63,236 bases of DNA, filler included, from Dimorphilus gyrociliatus (GCA_904063045.1; 4 parts of 4 records of this genome joined end to end with filler, not necessarily neighbours in it); one strand, 5' to 3'; shown: positions 49,398-59,100, counted from the first letter of the whole stretch. A program made the numbers and translations. Notes: a model not told the origin generated them from the letters alone.

Positions 49398-50763
49398 TGT
49401 TGTATATCAAAGTGTTGGTTGTATCATTGTGTTACATACTAAATTACCATAAAATTTACAATTTTTTATTATTTTAACCCCTTTTTTTCAAAAACCCTTG
49501 TGTATCATTGTGTTGCACTAAAATTAATAGGATTTTTTTTTCAATAAATAGGAAATTTTACTACAAATTTTTTTTTTGTCACCACTTGTATCATTGTGTT
49601 GCAGTAATTTAATAGGGAATTTTTTATACTAATTTAATAGGAAAAATAAAGAATATTTAGGTATTTAAAAATTTAATACTAAACCCTATAAATGGCCAGA
49701 AATATAACAATAGAAACAGTTGAAGAAAGAGATAGCATTGTGTCTTACTTGTTATCCGGAACTGTTCCTTCTTTTAATAATAGGTCTCTGACAAACTCCT
49801 TTTTAAGAAAAACTAGACATTTGAGTTATTCAGAAGGTAAGATTTTCTATATCAAAAATAACGAAAGAAAGGAAATCATATGTATGTTTGACTCAGAAAA
49901 AAAGGAGAATATATTAAAGATGGTTCACAGGAATGGACATTCTGGTATTGTTTCAATGAGGAATACGATTAGTAGATCATATCTAGGTATAAAAACGACT
50001 GATATATCAACATTCGTTTCTCATTGTGATACATGTCATGTAACACCAGAATCGTCCATAATAATAGCATCATTTCGTCAATTATCCCTGATTACTTCAG
50101 GCAACGTATAATGATAGACCTCGTTGACCTGTCCATATATAGAAGAGAAAATGACAATTTTAGATACATTTTCAACTTTATTGAAACATTTAGCAAGTTT
50201 GCGTTCTCTTATCCGGCAAAGGATAAACAGCAGAAACATTCTCAAAAATATTAGAAACCTTTCTTTTTAAAGAAGGTAAATTTGATATTATACACACTGA
50301 TAATGGGAGGGAGTTTGTAAACTCTAGAGTGTATAGCTTGTGTAGGTCTTGGGGAATAGATTTGATACATGGACACCCAAGACATCCCCAGAGCCAGGGG
50401 CAAATAGAAAGGATCAATAGGACTATCAAGACTAAAATCAAGAAATCTCTTACACAACAAAGTAATAGATGGATCGATAATTTAGATGTATTGTTATATG
50501 AATATGACAATTCTCAGCATAGGGCTACCAAGCATACTCCTTTTTACATATATAAAGGTGCATTAAATAATCCTACTAACTTAAACATACAAAAAATTAC
50601 AGAAATGAATAATATTAGAAGTGAAATTATAAATTATGCAGCAAAATTTGTTGATGAGCATAACGCTAGAATAAATCAATCTCGGCTGGTTATAGGCGAT
50701 ACTGTGCTTTTATCCAAAGATTTTGATATGAATGTAAGGACCAGAAGACACTTATTTAGTAAT
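49398..50763 (+). mobile_element. Second Ginger-like integrase element (left end + DD35E integrase), truncated by contig end
   Basis: Starts TGTTGTATA; TGTATCATTGTGTT at 49420, 49501 and 49587; HRNGH...CDTC zinc finger; IDLVD, HTDNGREF...QGQIE (35 residues D to E); two frameshifts (~50045, ~50225). Confidence 0.85.
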
Positions 50764-50863
50764 NNNNNNNNNNNNNNNNNNNNNNNNNNNNNNNNNNNNN
50801 NNNNNNNTTAATTAATTAANNNNNNNNNNNNNNNNNNNNNNNNNNNNNNNNNNNNNNNNNNNN
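50764..50863. other. Artificial contig-joining spacer
   Basis: N44-TTAATTAATTAA-N44. Confidence 0.98.
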
Positions 50864-51155
50864 ACCGTCTAACTTCCACGCACTAATGAAAGCCTTACGT
50901 CAAATGGGCATTTTGAAGCTGATGATTGAATCACCAACAATTGCTCACCTTTTAATTAAGGCTGAACTGTTCGATGAAGGATTCATTAACCAGTCTTGCG
51001 TGTACATTGGCGGCAATGCAACGTCGTTAGGAAAGTTCGACGACGCATTCACTGCTGTGTACCACCCGCACACAGAAGTACTGTCAATCGCAATGCACTC
51101 TCCACACATGCTGTTCTTTAGACACAAATTCCTGTACGGCATAGAAACTAAGTAA
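50864..51155 (+). CDS. RibD C-terminal/DHFR-like reductase domain protein, 5' truncated by contig edge
   Basis: LMKALRQMGILKLMIES...LIKAELFDE.FI....YIGG fits L..L...GI..LLVEG....GLVDE.......IGG; frame stays open to the contig start. Confidence 0.6.
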
Positions 51156-51206
51156 CCAAATTGCGCCACTCATATTGGGTGGCGCGCACATCAAAAAGAA
51201 CGAACC

Positions 51207-52745
51207 ATGAATGTTGCATCTCTATTTTCTACAAAAAACTTCCGAATTAACAAAGGCGATGTCGATGCATATTTCGGACTGCTGGTGGATGGCTTATCCA
51301 AAACACTGCTAGCGATGGGAATAATGACTCAACTGTTTAACATGCCAATTGAGTTTATTTATCAAAATATTCTGCCCGGACTTGCTCTAGCGACCTTCTT
51401 AGGTAATGCCTTTTACGCCTACGAGGCATACTCATTAAGTAAGAAAACTGGGAAACCAGCCACGTCGATTCCATTCGGAGTAGGCACTCCACAAATAATG
51501 GGGTGGCTATTCTTAATCATGGGACCCGTCTATTGGAATTCAGGCGACTACTACCTCGCATGGCAAGTTGGTATTGCGTCGGCTTTTATCGGTGGTGTTA
51601 TTGAGCTAACAGGTTACTCCTTCGCAAGACCACTAGCGAAATTCATTCCTCGAAGCGCACTACTTGGCAATTTAGCAGCCAGTGGCTTTATCTGGATGAC
51701 GATAATTAGCTTTTTCATTGTGTACCAAAGCCCCTACGTAGCACTATTTTCATCACTCATATTACTCATACTGCATTATGGGAAGCTTTCACAATATCTT
51801 AAATTACCAATAGGCCTAATCGCCATCGCTACGGGAAGTCTCATAGCATTTATAAGTGGAGAGATGGACATAGCCGAAACCGCGAATTCTCTAGCAACAC
51901 CAACCTTGTACTTACCTGAGTTTTCTGGCGCGGCTTTACTTGATGCTTTCGACCGGATATTTGATTATCTACCAATAATAATTCCACTACAGATCACTAA
52001 CTTCCTCACCACCTTACAATGCGTTCAGTCTGCGAAGATGGAAGGTGATGAGTACGACCTAAAAAAATCAATAATCGCGGATGGAGCATCAACAATAATA
52101 GGAAGTCTATTTGGTAATCCATTCCCAACCACTATGTATTATGGTCATTCGACATGGAAGAGTATCGGAGCTGAGTGGAAATATAGCCTAGCGGTAGGAA
52201 GTAGTTACATTATCTTCTGCGTACTTGGCCTTGTAAGCGTCGTTTTCAACATCATCCCTTACGAAGCAACGATAGCTCTGCTAATGCTTGTAGGCATGAC
52301 AACTTGTTCACACGCCCTTGTTGATACAAATGAGGAGTATGTCATGGCCTTTCTGATGAGTATTGCACCGATAATTTCACAATATCTAACATCAATCTTC
52401 GATAACCTAACAAATCTCACTGGAGACGACCAAATACTGTCAAAGCTGTCAGAGTCAGGTGTTTACTCAGAAGGCATCTTAGCGTTAGGTAGAGGAGGGT
52501 TTGTATCAAGCCTATTACTATCCTGCTTCATAGCATTCATCATCAAAAAGAACTTCAGGAAAGCTTCTGTTTTCATGCTCTCATTAGCTGCATGCTCCTT
52601 TACAGGGCTAGCCCACAGCTCAACAATAGCAATATTCCCCAAGGAATCATTCGAAATCGGAATTACCTATTTAGCCCTCGGCGCTTTACTCTTCACGATA
52701 AGCTTCTTTGTCGGTAATAACGTAGATGACTGCAGTGAAAGATAA
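51207..52745 (+). CDS. NCS2/AzgA-like nucleobase permease
   Basis: 512 aa polytopic membrane protein; GDVDAYFGL, IPFG, DG...IIGSLFGNPFPTTMYYGH...KSIGA. Confidence 0.8.
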   Translation: MNVASLFSTKNFRINKGDVDAYFGLLVDGLSKTLLAMGIMTQLFNMPIEFIYQNILPGLALATFLGNAFYAYEAYSLSKKTGKPATSIPFGVGTPQIMGWLFLIMGPVYWNSGDYYLAWQVGIASAFIGGVIELTGYSFARPLAKFIPRSALLGNLAASGFIWMTIISFFIVYQSPYVALFSSLILLILHYGKLSQYLKLPIGLIAIATGSLIAFISGEMDIAETANSLATPTLYLPEFSGAALLDAFDRIFDYLPIIIPLQITNFLTTLQCVQSAKMEGDEYDLKKSIIADGASTIIGSLFGNPFPTTMYYGHSTWKSIGAEWKYSLAVGSSYIIFCVLGLVSVVFNIIPYEATIALLMLVGMTTCSHALVDTNEEYVMAFLMSIAPIISQYLTSIFDNLTNLTGDDQILSKLSESGVYSEGILALGRGGFVSSLLLSCFIAFIIKKNFRKASVFMLSLAACSFTGLAHSSTIAIFPKESFEIGITYLALGALLFTISFFVGNNVDDCSER

Positions 52746-52749
52746 GTTT

Positions 52750-52788
52750 AAAAAAACAAGGCACCTCGACAATCTGAGTTGAGGTGCC
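52750..52788 (-). terminator. Rho-independent terminator (probably bidirectional)
   Basis: GGCACCTC-N13-GAGGTGCC stem, followed by TTGTTTTTTT on the minus strand. Confidence 0.85.
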
Positions 52789-52880
52789 AAAGGCAAACTA
52801 TTAAAAATAGAGCAGGGGAGTTACCACTCAAACTCCCTCACTGAGTTGGGGCTTTGTTGACGCGCTCATTAAATCATCAA
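52750..52880 (-). ncRNA. Candidate Hfq-type small RNA
   Basis: GGGAGTT/AACTCCC hairpin (52816-52837), CU/AU-rich linker and U-tailed terminator, with no minus-strand CDS nearby. 5' end unknown. Confidence 0.45.
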
Positions 52881-52974
52881 TTTTGATTTGAGCGTGTTTT
52901 CCTTTTTCCTTGCATCTATCTTCGTATCCAACTCAATATTCATGCCTTACAAATACAACCAAAGTTTGCGTCAA

Positions 52975-53266
52975 CAAAGCCATTAAGGGTCACTACGGCG
53001 ATGGGCCGTTATACTTGTGGCAAGATGGGCAGTGGCAGGAAATGGCGTTGCCGGCTGACATTCGAGCGCAGTTACCGGATATCGAATGTGAGACGCAGCG
53101 AAGCTGGACTCATTTAGCGAGTGAATTTGTAAAAGATATTAGTGGCGTTTCAGTGGCACCATATCAAACCTTTAAAGACGGGTGTCAGTATCAACTGATC
53201 ATTGATTTAATCAGAAAAAATGACCGTTGGGTTGACGTTCAACAGTTGTTCGGCACTCAAGGTTAG
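52975..53266 (+). pseudogene. C-terminal remnant of a Gfo/Idh/MocA-like oxidoreductase
   Basis: GPLYLWQDGQW...FVKDI.G....YQTFKDGCQYQLIIDLIR..DRWVDV; Rossmann N-terminus absent. Confidence 0.55.
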
Positions 53267-53390
53267 TCAGAGAAAGATGTTTTTTAGCCAGAGCAGAGCA
53301 GCGCTTTTGTGTTGAATAAAGAAAACACCTTGAGCGCGCCGCTACTGGTTCAAACTATTTTTTTCTTAACCGCGTGCGCTCAATAAAAAT

Positions 53391-53412
53391 AAGACGCCTT
53401 AACAGGCGTCTT
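53391..53412. terminator. Hairpin upstream of qnr
   Basis: AAGACGCCT-TAAC-AGGCGTCTT. Confidence 0.6.
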
Positions 53413-53528
53413 TAGTGCCTTAAAATGGCGATTTGGCGAACTCCTAATGCACTGATTTTATTGATGTTAAAATAATAGTAAGTCATGAGGGTGGGTGGTA
53501 GTCTTCTGTCATAGCCAGGAGCATTTAC

Positions 53529-54185
53529 ATGATTTTTAAAAATAAACTATTTGATCACCATGATTTTTCTAATCAAGATTTGTCCGATCATCACTTCGAA
53601 CATTGTCAATTTTTGCGCTGCGACTTTTCGCGCTCAGATCTAAGAGACAGTACTTTTCTCAACTGTAAGTTTGTTGAAACCAGCGATCTCGCAGGTTGTC
53701 ACTTTGATTATGCCAACTTGAAAGATGCCAGCTTTAAACAGTGTCAAATGGCAATGTGCAACTTTGAGGGGGCCGATTGTTTCGGGATTGAGTTGAGAGA
53801 GTGTGACCTGAAGGGAGCCAATTTTTCACGTGCTCGATTTGCAAACCAAGTCAGCCACAAGATGTATTTCTGTTCAGCATATATCACGGACTGTAATTTG
53901 TCGTACACCAACCTTGAGCGAGCGGTCATCGAAAAATGTGACCTGTTTGAGAACCGATGGATAGGGGCAAATCTTCAAGGCGCATCTTTCAAAAGTTCTG
54001 ATCTCAGTCGTGGTGTTTTTTCTGCGGATTCGTGGTCTCAATTTCGTTTCCAAGATGCGAACTTGTGCCATGTAGATTTGGAGGGGCTCGATCCTAGAAG
54101 GGTGGATCTCAGCGGGGTTAAGATTTGTTCATGGCAGCAAGAGCAGTTGCTTGAACCGTTAGGGCTGGTTGTCCTCCCAGATTAA
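53529..54185 (+). CDS. qnr: Qnr-family pentapeptide repeat quinolone resistance protein (Vibrionaceae chromosomal type)
   Basis: 218 aa pentapeptide repeats, loop FANQVSHKMYFCSAYI, ENRWIGANL, C-terminal QQEQLLEPLGLVVLPD; AGGAG RBS at 53517. Confidence 0.95.
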   Translation: MIFKNKLFDHHDFSNQDLSDHHFEHCQFLRCDFSRSDLRDSTFLNCKFVETSDLAGCHFDYANLKDASFKQCQMAMCNFEGADCFGIELRECDLKGANFSRARFANQVSHKMYFCSAYITDCNLSYTNLERAVIEKCDLFENRWIGANLQGASFKSSDLSRGVFSADSWSQFRFQDANLCHVDLEGLDPRRVDLSGVKICSWQQEQLLEPLGLVVLPD

Positions 54186-54195
54186 GAGAGTAGCG

Positions 54196-54230
54196 TGGCC
54201 ATTATCTATTAACGAAATAGATAATGGCCA
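54196..54230. terminator. Perfect 15-bp stem-loop between convergent qnr and rodA
   Basis: TGGCCATTATCTATT-AACGA-AATAGATAATGGCCA. Confidence 0.75.
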
Positions 54231-54271
54231 TAAGCATAAGCATAAGCACCAAGTTAACTTAATTTACTTAT

Positions 54272-55426
54272 TTATGCGTATCTTGAGGGTGATCGGCATA
54301 ACGACATGATGATGCCAAAGCAGATTCCCTGAGTGATCATCGCGGTACCGCCGTAACTAAAGAACGGGAGCGGGCTGCCCATGACAGGTAACAGCCCACT
54401 CACCATGCCAGTATTAATAAAAGCATAGAGAAAAAAACTCAGGGCAAATGAACCACAAACTAGCCGATTGTAGATGTGGTAGCTTGTACATGACAGCCAC
54501 AACGTGCGCAGTGTGATAAACAGATACAGAGACAAAAGGACTACGCATCCGACGAATCCCCATTCTTCGGCATAAGACGAGAAAATAAAATCGGTGTGAC
54601 TTTCGGGAATAAATCCCAGTGCACTTTGTGTTGCATTGGCCCACCCTTTTCCTGTGGCGCCACCTGACCCAATCGCAATATGGGATTGAATGATTTGATA
54701 ACCCGAACCTAACGGATCACTCTCCGGATTAAGAAACTGCAAGATACGTTTTTTTTGGTAAGCCTCGATAACAAAAAGCCACAGCATTGGAGCTAGCATG
54801 GCTATGAGGCCAACAAATCCGCCGATGATCGTCCAACTCATTCCCGCAAAATACAACACGAATAGCATATAAATAACGCCGAAAATGGCGCCATCTAAAT
54901 CGGGCTGAATGAAGATAAGCCCAGCAGGGATTGCTGTTAGTACTAGTGCGTAAAGGATTCCAGTGACGGTAGGACGCTCGCCATCTTTTTGGACTAACCA
55001 AGCGATCATCATAGGAATCGCGAGCTTAATCAATTCTGATGGCTGGAAGCGAAATGCCCCAATTTCAAGCCATCGCTGTGAACCATTGGTACTATCGCCG
55101 ACCAAGATTACGGCAATGAGTAGTGTCACTGCCAGTGAGTATAGATAAGGCGAACTGCGACGATAAAACCTCGCAGGTATGGTTGACATTACAACGAGGC
55201 AAAACACCGAGATGACGCAGCGAATCAGATGATTTTTAATCACTGACTCACTAAATCCACTGGCACTCCATATGGTTATTGAGCTAAAGAGCATGAGCAG
55301 CAGTATCGAGAGCAAAATAGGCTTGTCGAGTTGTGGGGCAAGATATTTTTGCATGGAATACTTCGATAAAGAGATCGTCAAACCTCCCCCTTGTTCAGAG
55401 ATGTGATTGACGCACCCAGTAAACAT
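54272..55426 (-). CDS. rodA: SEDS peptidoglycan glycosyltransferase RodA (stand-alone copy); start may be 55354
   Basis: GSQRWLEIG..RFQPSELIK, QPDLDGA, YQKKRI..FLNPESDPLGSGYQIIQS.IAIGSGG, PESHTDFIF, PLPFFSYGGT. Confidence 0.9.
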   Translation of the reverse strand: MFTGCVNHISEQGGGLTISLSKYSMQKYLAPQLDKPILLSILLLMLFSSITIWSASGFSESVIKNHLIRCVISVFCLVVMSTIPARFYRRSSPYLYSLAVTLLIAVILVGDSTNGSQRWLEIGAFRFQPSELIKLAIPMMIAWLVQKDGERPTVTGILYALVLTAIPAGLIFIQPDLDGAIFGVIYMLFVLYFAGMSWTIIGGFVGLIAMLAPMLWLFVIEAYQKKRILQFLNPESDPLGSGYQIIQSHIAIGSGGATGKGWANATQSALGFIPESHTDFIFSSYAEEWGFVGCVVLLSLYLFITLRTLWLSCTSYHIYNRLVCGSFALSFFLYAFINTGMVSGLLPVMGSPLPFFSYGGTAMITQGICFGIIMSLCRSPSRYA

Positions 55427-55442
55427 GTCATGAAGTGATTAT

Positions 55443-56126
55443 TCATACGATAGGCTCTTTCTTGACGCGTTTTAATGTATAGATGGCCTTACGAACCCGC
55501 CATGTAATGACACTGAGAATTGCGATACTTAACGTAATAAAGGGTGCTGCCATCAGTCCCATGGTTGTGAAACGGCTGATGGGCTCTGGTAACGAAGGTA
55601 GCAAATAACCAATACCAGCGAGCAGGGCAATCCATAAGGTGGCACTAAGCCAGGAAAAATAATGAAAGCGTGATGTTTCATCAGATCGCATCCCCATCAT
55701 CATGGGGACAACAGAGCGCACGCACGGAATGAAGCGAGCACTGAACAATGCAATCAAGCCATGGCGACCAAGTAGAGCGTCAACGGTATGCATATTTCGT
55801 TCGGGGACTTTTGTGAGCCAACTTCGAACCCAAGGGAGTCGGTTGAGCCATTTGCCTTGTAAATACGCTAACCAGCTGCCTGTTGCCGCGGCAATGACTA
55901 ACAGCGGAAAGGCAAGAAAAGGGGTGAGGACTCCGACGGCAGATAAGGTGCCAACGAGAACGACGACGCTGTCACAAGGGAGGGGCGCCGCGGGTAAAAA
56001 ACTGCTTTCTAAGGCAATTAAAAAGGTGACCAACAAATAGATAAATATCGCGCTTTCTGGCGCCAGTAGCGTATTAAAATCCTGATGCCAAAGGGCAATC
56101 ACGACGTCTTGTATCGTTTCAAACAT
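55443..56126 (-). CDS. DedA family membrane protein
   Basis: ALESSFLPAAPLPCDSV, ARFIPCVRSVVP; GGAG RBS before the ATG at 56126. Confidence 0.85.
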   Translation of the reverse strand: MFETIQDVVIALWHQDFNTLLAPESAIFIYLLVTFLIALESSFLPAAPLPCDSVVVLVGTLSAVGVLTPFLAFPLLVIAAATGSWLAYLQGKWLNRLPWVRSWLTKVPERNMHTVDALLGRHGLIALFSARFIPCVRSVVPMMMGMRSDETSRFHYFSWLSATLWIALLAGIGYLLPSLPEPISRFTTMGLMAAPFITLSIAILSVITWRVRKAIYTLKRVKKEPIV

Positions 56127-56188
56127 AGCGGCTCCAATATACCAACGGTAAATTAAGGTGAGGGTTCTAAGGGGGAAACGTGCGGTGT

Positions 56189-56563
56189 TCAACGAGAGTG
56201 AATAAACCTAAAAAGAAGGTTGCCGTCTTGCCAACCAGCGATTCGGTTGTTTTTGAGTGTCAAAGAGTGAGAGGGGGCGTCATGAGTGAAACGATCATGG
56301 TCGTGAAGCACAGAAAGCGTCAATATCATCGATGACCATGAAGGCCGAGCTTTGGTTGGTGGTTGAGCGTTTTGTGATAAAACTCGAGAATTCGAGTAAC
56401 GTAAGATCAACGTATCGATTGTGAAATCCGGCGTCCCTTGTTGGCTTATTGCCACGGTTTGGGGCGCTGTTTGCTGCGAACCAATGACACCGACGATATG
56501 GCTAAACAGCAATACCGTGATGAGTGTCATGATGAAGGGGAGTGGCTCGAGCTGTTGTCGCAC
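56189..56563 (-). CDS. Hypothetical protein with N-terminal hydrophobic segment
   Basis: 124-aa ORF co-oriented with, and directly upstream of, dedA; no recognisable motif. Confidence 0.4.
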   Translation of the reverse strand: MRQQLEPLPFIMTLITVLLFSHIVGVIGSQQTAPQTVAISQQGTPDFTIDTLILRYSNSRVLSQNAQPPTKARPSWSSMILTLSVLHDHDRFTHDAPSHSLTLKNNRIAGWQDGNLLFRFIHSR

Positions 56564-56715
56564 GTTAAGCGCTCAATGATGAAATCTGCTTATATGTACG
56601 TCTAACCGCTAAGAAAAGCAATCGCATTTCTCATCGAGTGATAAAGCATGACTTTCGGTTGTAATGCAACCGGTTACGCCGAAAATACGGCGTAAGAAAA
56701 AGGTAAAGTAAGCAT

Positions 56716-56753
56716 AAATAAAAACGCCCAAACAGTGTAAGTCGTTGGGCGTT
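56716..56753 (-). terminator. Terminator downstream of malT
   Basis: AACGCCCAA/TTGGGCGTT stem, followed by TTTATTT on the minus strand. Confidence 0.75.
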
Positions 56754-56841
56754 ATAGTTATGAAAATGCGTATCTCATGCTTGGGCTGTATTGGCTATCC
56801 CGATTGATAGCGAGTGAACAACCCGAGGCATGTGTAGGGGG

Positions 56842-57558
56842 TTAGTATCCCATCAGTTGAAGCAGATTTTCAGCGGTACTGATTGCTTCTTTACGATTGG
56901 CAATATTGAGTTTTTGGTACAAATTCCGGATGTGCGTCTTAATCGTTGTGCCGGCGACATCCAGCTCTTGAGCAATCTGTTCATTGCTGAATCCAGAGTA
57001 GATTAACCCAAGAACTTGCCATTCACGCTGGGTAAGCGGGCTAGTACGTACTAACTCCGGTATGTTTGGGTGATTGACGAGTTTCTCGACAAATTCTTCG
57101 TTGAAATGCACTGAACGGCTGCGTTGTGTCGTGTTGATGTCTTTCATCAGAAGTTGAGCGCGATGACGTTCAAGGTCACCAAGCTCAGAGCGTGACGCGA
57201 GTTTTTCAAGTAAATGACCAATAGTTGCACCATCCACCAAAAAATTACCGATCATGCCAGTTTGGTTAGTTAGCACGAGTGCTTCCTTTAAGCATGCTTT
57301 GGCACTTTCGTCGTCGCCAAGTTGCACCCATAAGATTGCTTCGACAATGAGGTTTCGGTTTGTGTCGGTGATTAGGTTATAGGTCGCGGCTTCTTTCGCC
57401 AAAAACTGTAGGGTTGTTTTTGCTTCATCAAATTGCTTTAAGCAAATCTGAGCGCGAGCAATATTACGCCATTGCAGTTGTAAGAAATGGTTGCACGCAC
57501 AGTCGGGTCTGATCGCGGTCTCAAGCCATTGTTCAATCGCGTCTTGGTCGCCCTTGCT
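56842..57558 (-). CDS. malT: MalT maltose regulon activator, C-terminal part
   Basis: [50 protein letters not shown] LuxR HTH; [16 protein letters not shown]; frame open to the contig edge. Confidence 0.95.
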   Translation of the reverse strand, partial: SKGDQDAIEQWLETAIRPDCACNHFLQLQWRNIARAQICLKQFDEAKTTLQFLAKEAATYNLITDTNRNLIVEAILWVQLGDDESAKACLKEALVLTNQTGMIGNFLVDGATIGHLLEKLASRSELGDLERHRAQLLMKDINTTQRSRSVHFNEEFVEKLVNHPNIPELVRTSPLTQREWQVLGLIYSGFSNEQIAQELDVAGTTIKTHIRNLYQKLNIANRKEAISTAENLLQLMGY

Positions 57559-57559
57559 T

Positions 57560-57659
57560 NNNNNNNNNNNNNNNNNNNNNNNNNNNNNNNNNNNNNNNNN
57601 NNNTTAATTAATTAANNNNNNNNNNNNNNNNNNNNNNNNNNNNNNNNNNNNNNNNNNNN
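57560..57659. other. Artificial contig-joining spacer
   Basis: N44-TTAATTAATTAA-N44. Confidence 0.98.
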
Positions 57660-57914
57660 TCCTATGTTTTGTAATTAAACTTAGTAAATATCTTTTACAG
57701 ATAGTATTTTAACAAAACTATTTTTTTTGAAAGGAACCAAAAACAGGAAAACATAAACAGGAAATAGTTCCTCAACAAAATGAAGGATCTATCATTGCAT
57801 AATTTTTATAATCTCAATAACAATATTTAACCTATTTATCTATACCAAATATTAATCTCTAAACCATTGTTCATATAAAAAATTACTCTTGATGTTTTTT
57901 CCTAAGTTATGGAA

Positions 57915-57976
57915 GTTTTCTCCTGTGGACGTTTTCTCCTGTGGATGTTTTCTCTTGTGGACATTTTCTCCTGCAC
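57915..57976. repeat. 16-bp tandem repeat (GTTTTCTCCTGTGGAC) x ~4
   Basis: Units start at 57915, 57931, 57947 and 57963. Confidence 0.9.
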
Positions 57977-58569
57977 CCTGTAAATTTGATATAGCCAAAC
58001 ACCATGATATTCCCTCCCCCAAATTTTACTGTTTTTGTGGTATATTTCGGGTCATTCCATTTACCCAGTGGCCTCCTAACAAACTCCCTTCTCCTGGGAT
58101 GCAGCTCAACCTTTGATTCATCAGAAAAAATCACTTTTTTCCAATTTTCAATCCCCCACTTTTCTCTCTCTCTACAGAACTCTTTCCTACTTATTATCTG
58201 CCTCTTGGATAAAGCAGGTTTTTTGGCTGCAATTCTCCCATTTAAATTATTTTTTTGTAGTACCTGCTTCACTGTTGTTAGAGAAAGAGATATAGGTATA
58301 CCAGAATTATATAATACCTGATGGGCCGTCCACTTTGGGTTTGATTTAGATGCCCTGGTAATTTGCCTTTCCATCTTTGGTGTCACTTCTTTTGGTCTAC
58401 CACTTCTTTGCTTATCTTTTATGGTTTTTAGCTCTTTAAATTTATTTTTTATATTTTGTACAGTAGTTGGACTACATTTAAAAAGCTTTGCCACTTTTTG
58501 AATGCACATTTCTGGTCTTTGAAGACAATTTAAGATAGAAATTCTTGTTGCTTTAGATAGCTTCACCAT
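57977..58569 (-). mobile_element. Tc1 transposase 5' portion, truncated at the tandem repeat
   Basis: Paired-like HTH with RSGRPK, KKPAL, WKKVIFSDESK, VKFGGGNIMVFG; stops before the second Asp. Confidence 0.92.
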
Positions 58570-58652
58570 TTATATTTTAAATTTGTCAACTGTTAGATTA
58601 CATATGTGCACACACATAAATGACCTTAAAATCTGGTTAAAAGTGACACTAC

Positions 58653-59100
58653 TCAATGATGAGAAAACCTAGCCTCATCAGTAAAAATAATCCTACACCA
58701 GTCTAGATTTTCACTAATAACTTTGAGGCAGTACGATTTTCTGCATTTACAGTCTTTGGAGGTGAGATCAGTTCTTTGTCTGTCTCTTTTAAACTTGAAA
58801 TTTTGTCTTTTCAGCTCCCTCTGTATTGTTCTTATGCTTACATCTACTTCTAATTCCTTTAATATCTTTGCTGCTGTCACTCTTTGCTTGTTATCTTTCA
58901 GTTTGTTTACAATTCTTTTCATCCTTGCTATCTCTCTGTCGGAAAGCTTCTTCGGACCTCCCCTATTGTCTTGTTCTGGCTGCTTGTACTTAAAGATGTT
59001 GCTAACTGATGATCGTGCCATTCCTAAAACTCTTGATGTTGCCCTTAATTTCCCTATTTCAGTATATTTCTTGATTACCAATGTGCACTTCAGTTCAATA
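58653..59100 (-). mobile_element. Tc1 transposase 5' portion (family of 677-1058 and 29265-29770)
   Basis: VIKKYTEIGKLRATSRVLG...IIFTDEARFS. Confidence 0.88.

Noticed and set aside
53420-53528. LexA box upstream of qnr
   Set aside because: No CTGT-N8-ACAG match seen.
50764-57659. Horizontal transfer of Vibrio genes (qnr) into the eukaryote, or Ginger-mediated capture of them
   Set aside because: The bacterial block is bounded by artificial spacers; adjacency is an artefact.
53744-58321. Short antisense or overlapping ORFs over qnr, rodA, dedA and Tc1 (e.g. 55702-56040, 58004-58321)
   Set aside because: Shadow ORFs of real genes with no motifs or RBS.
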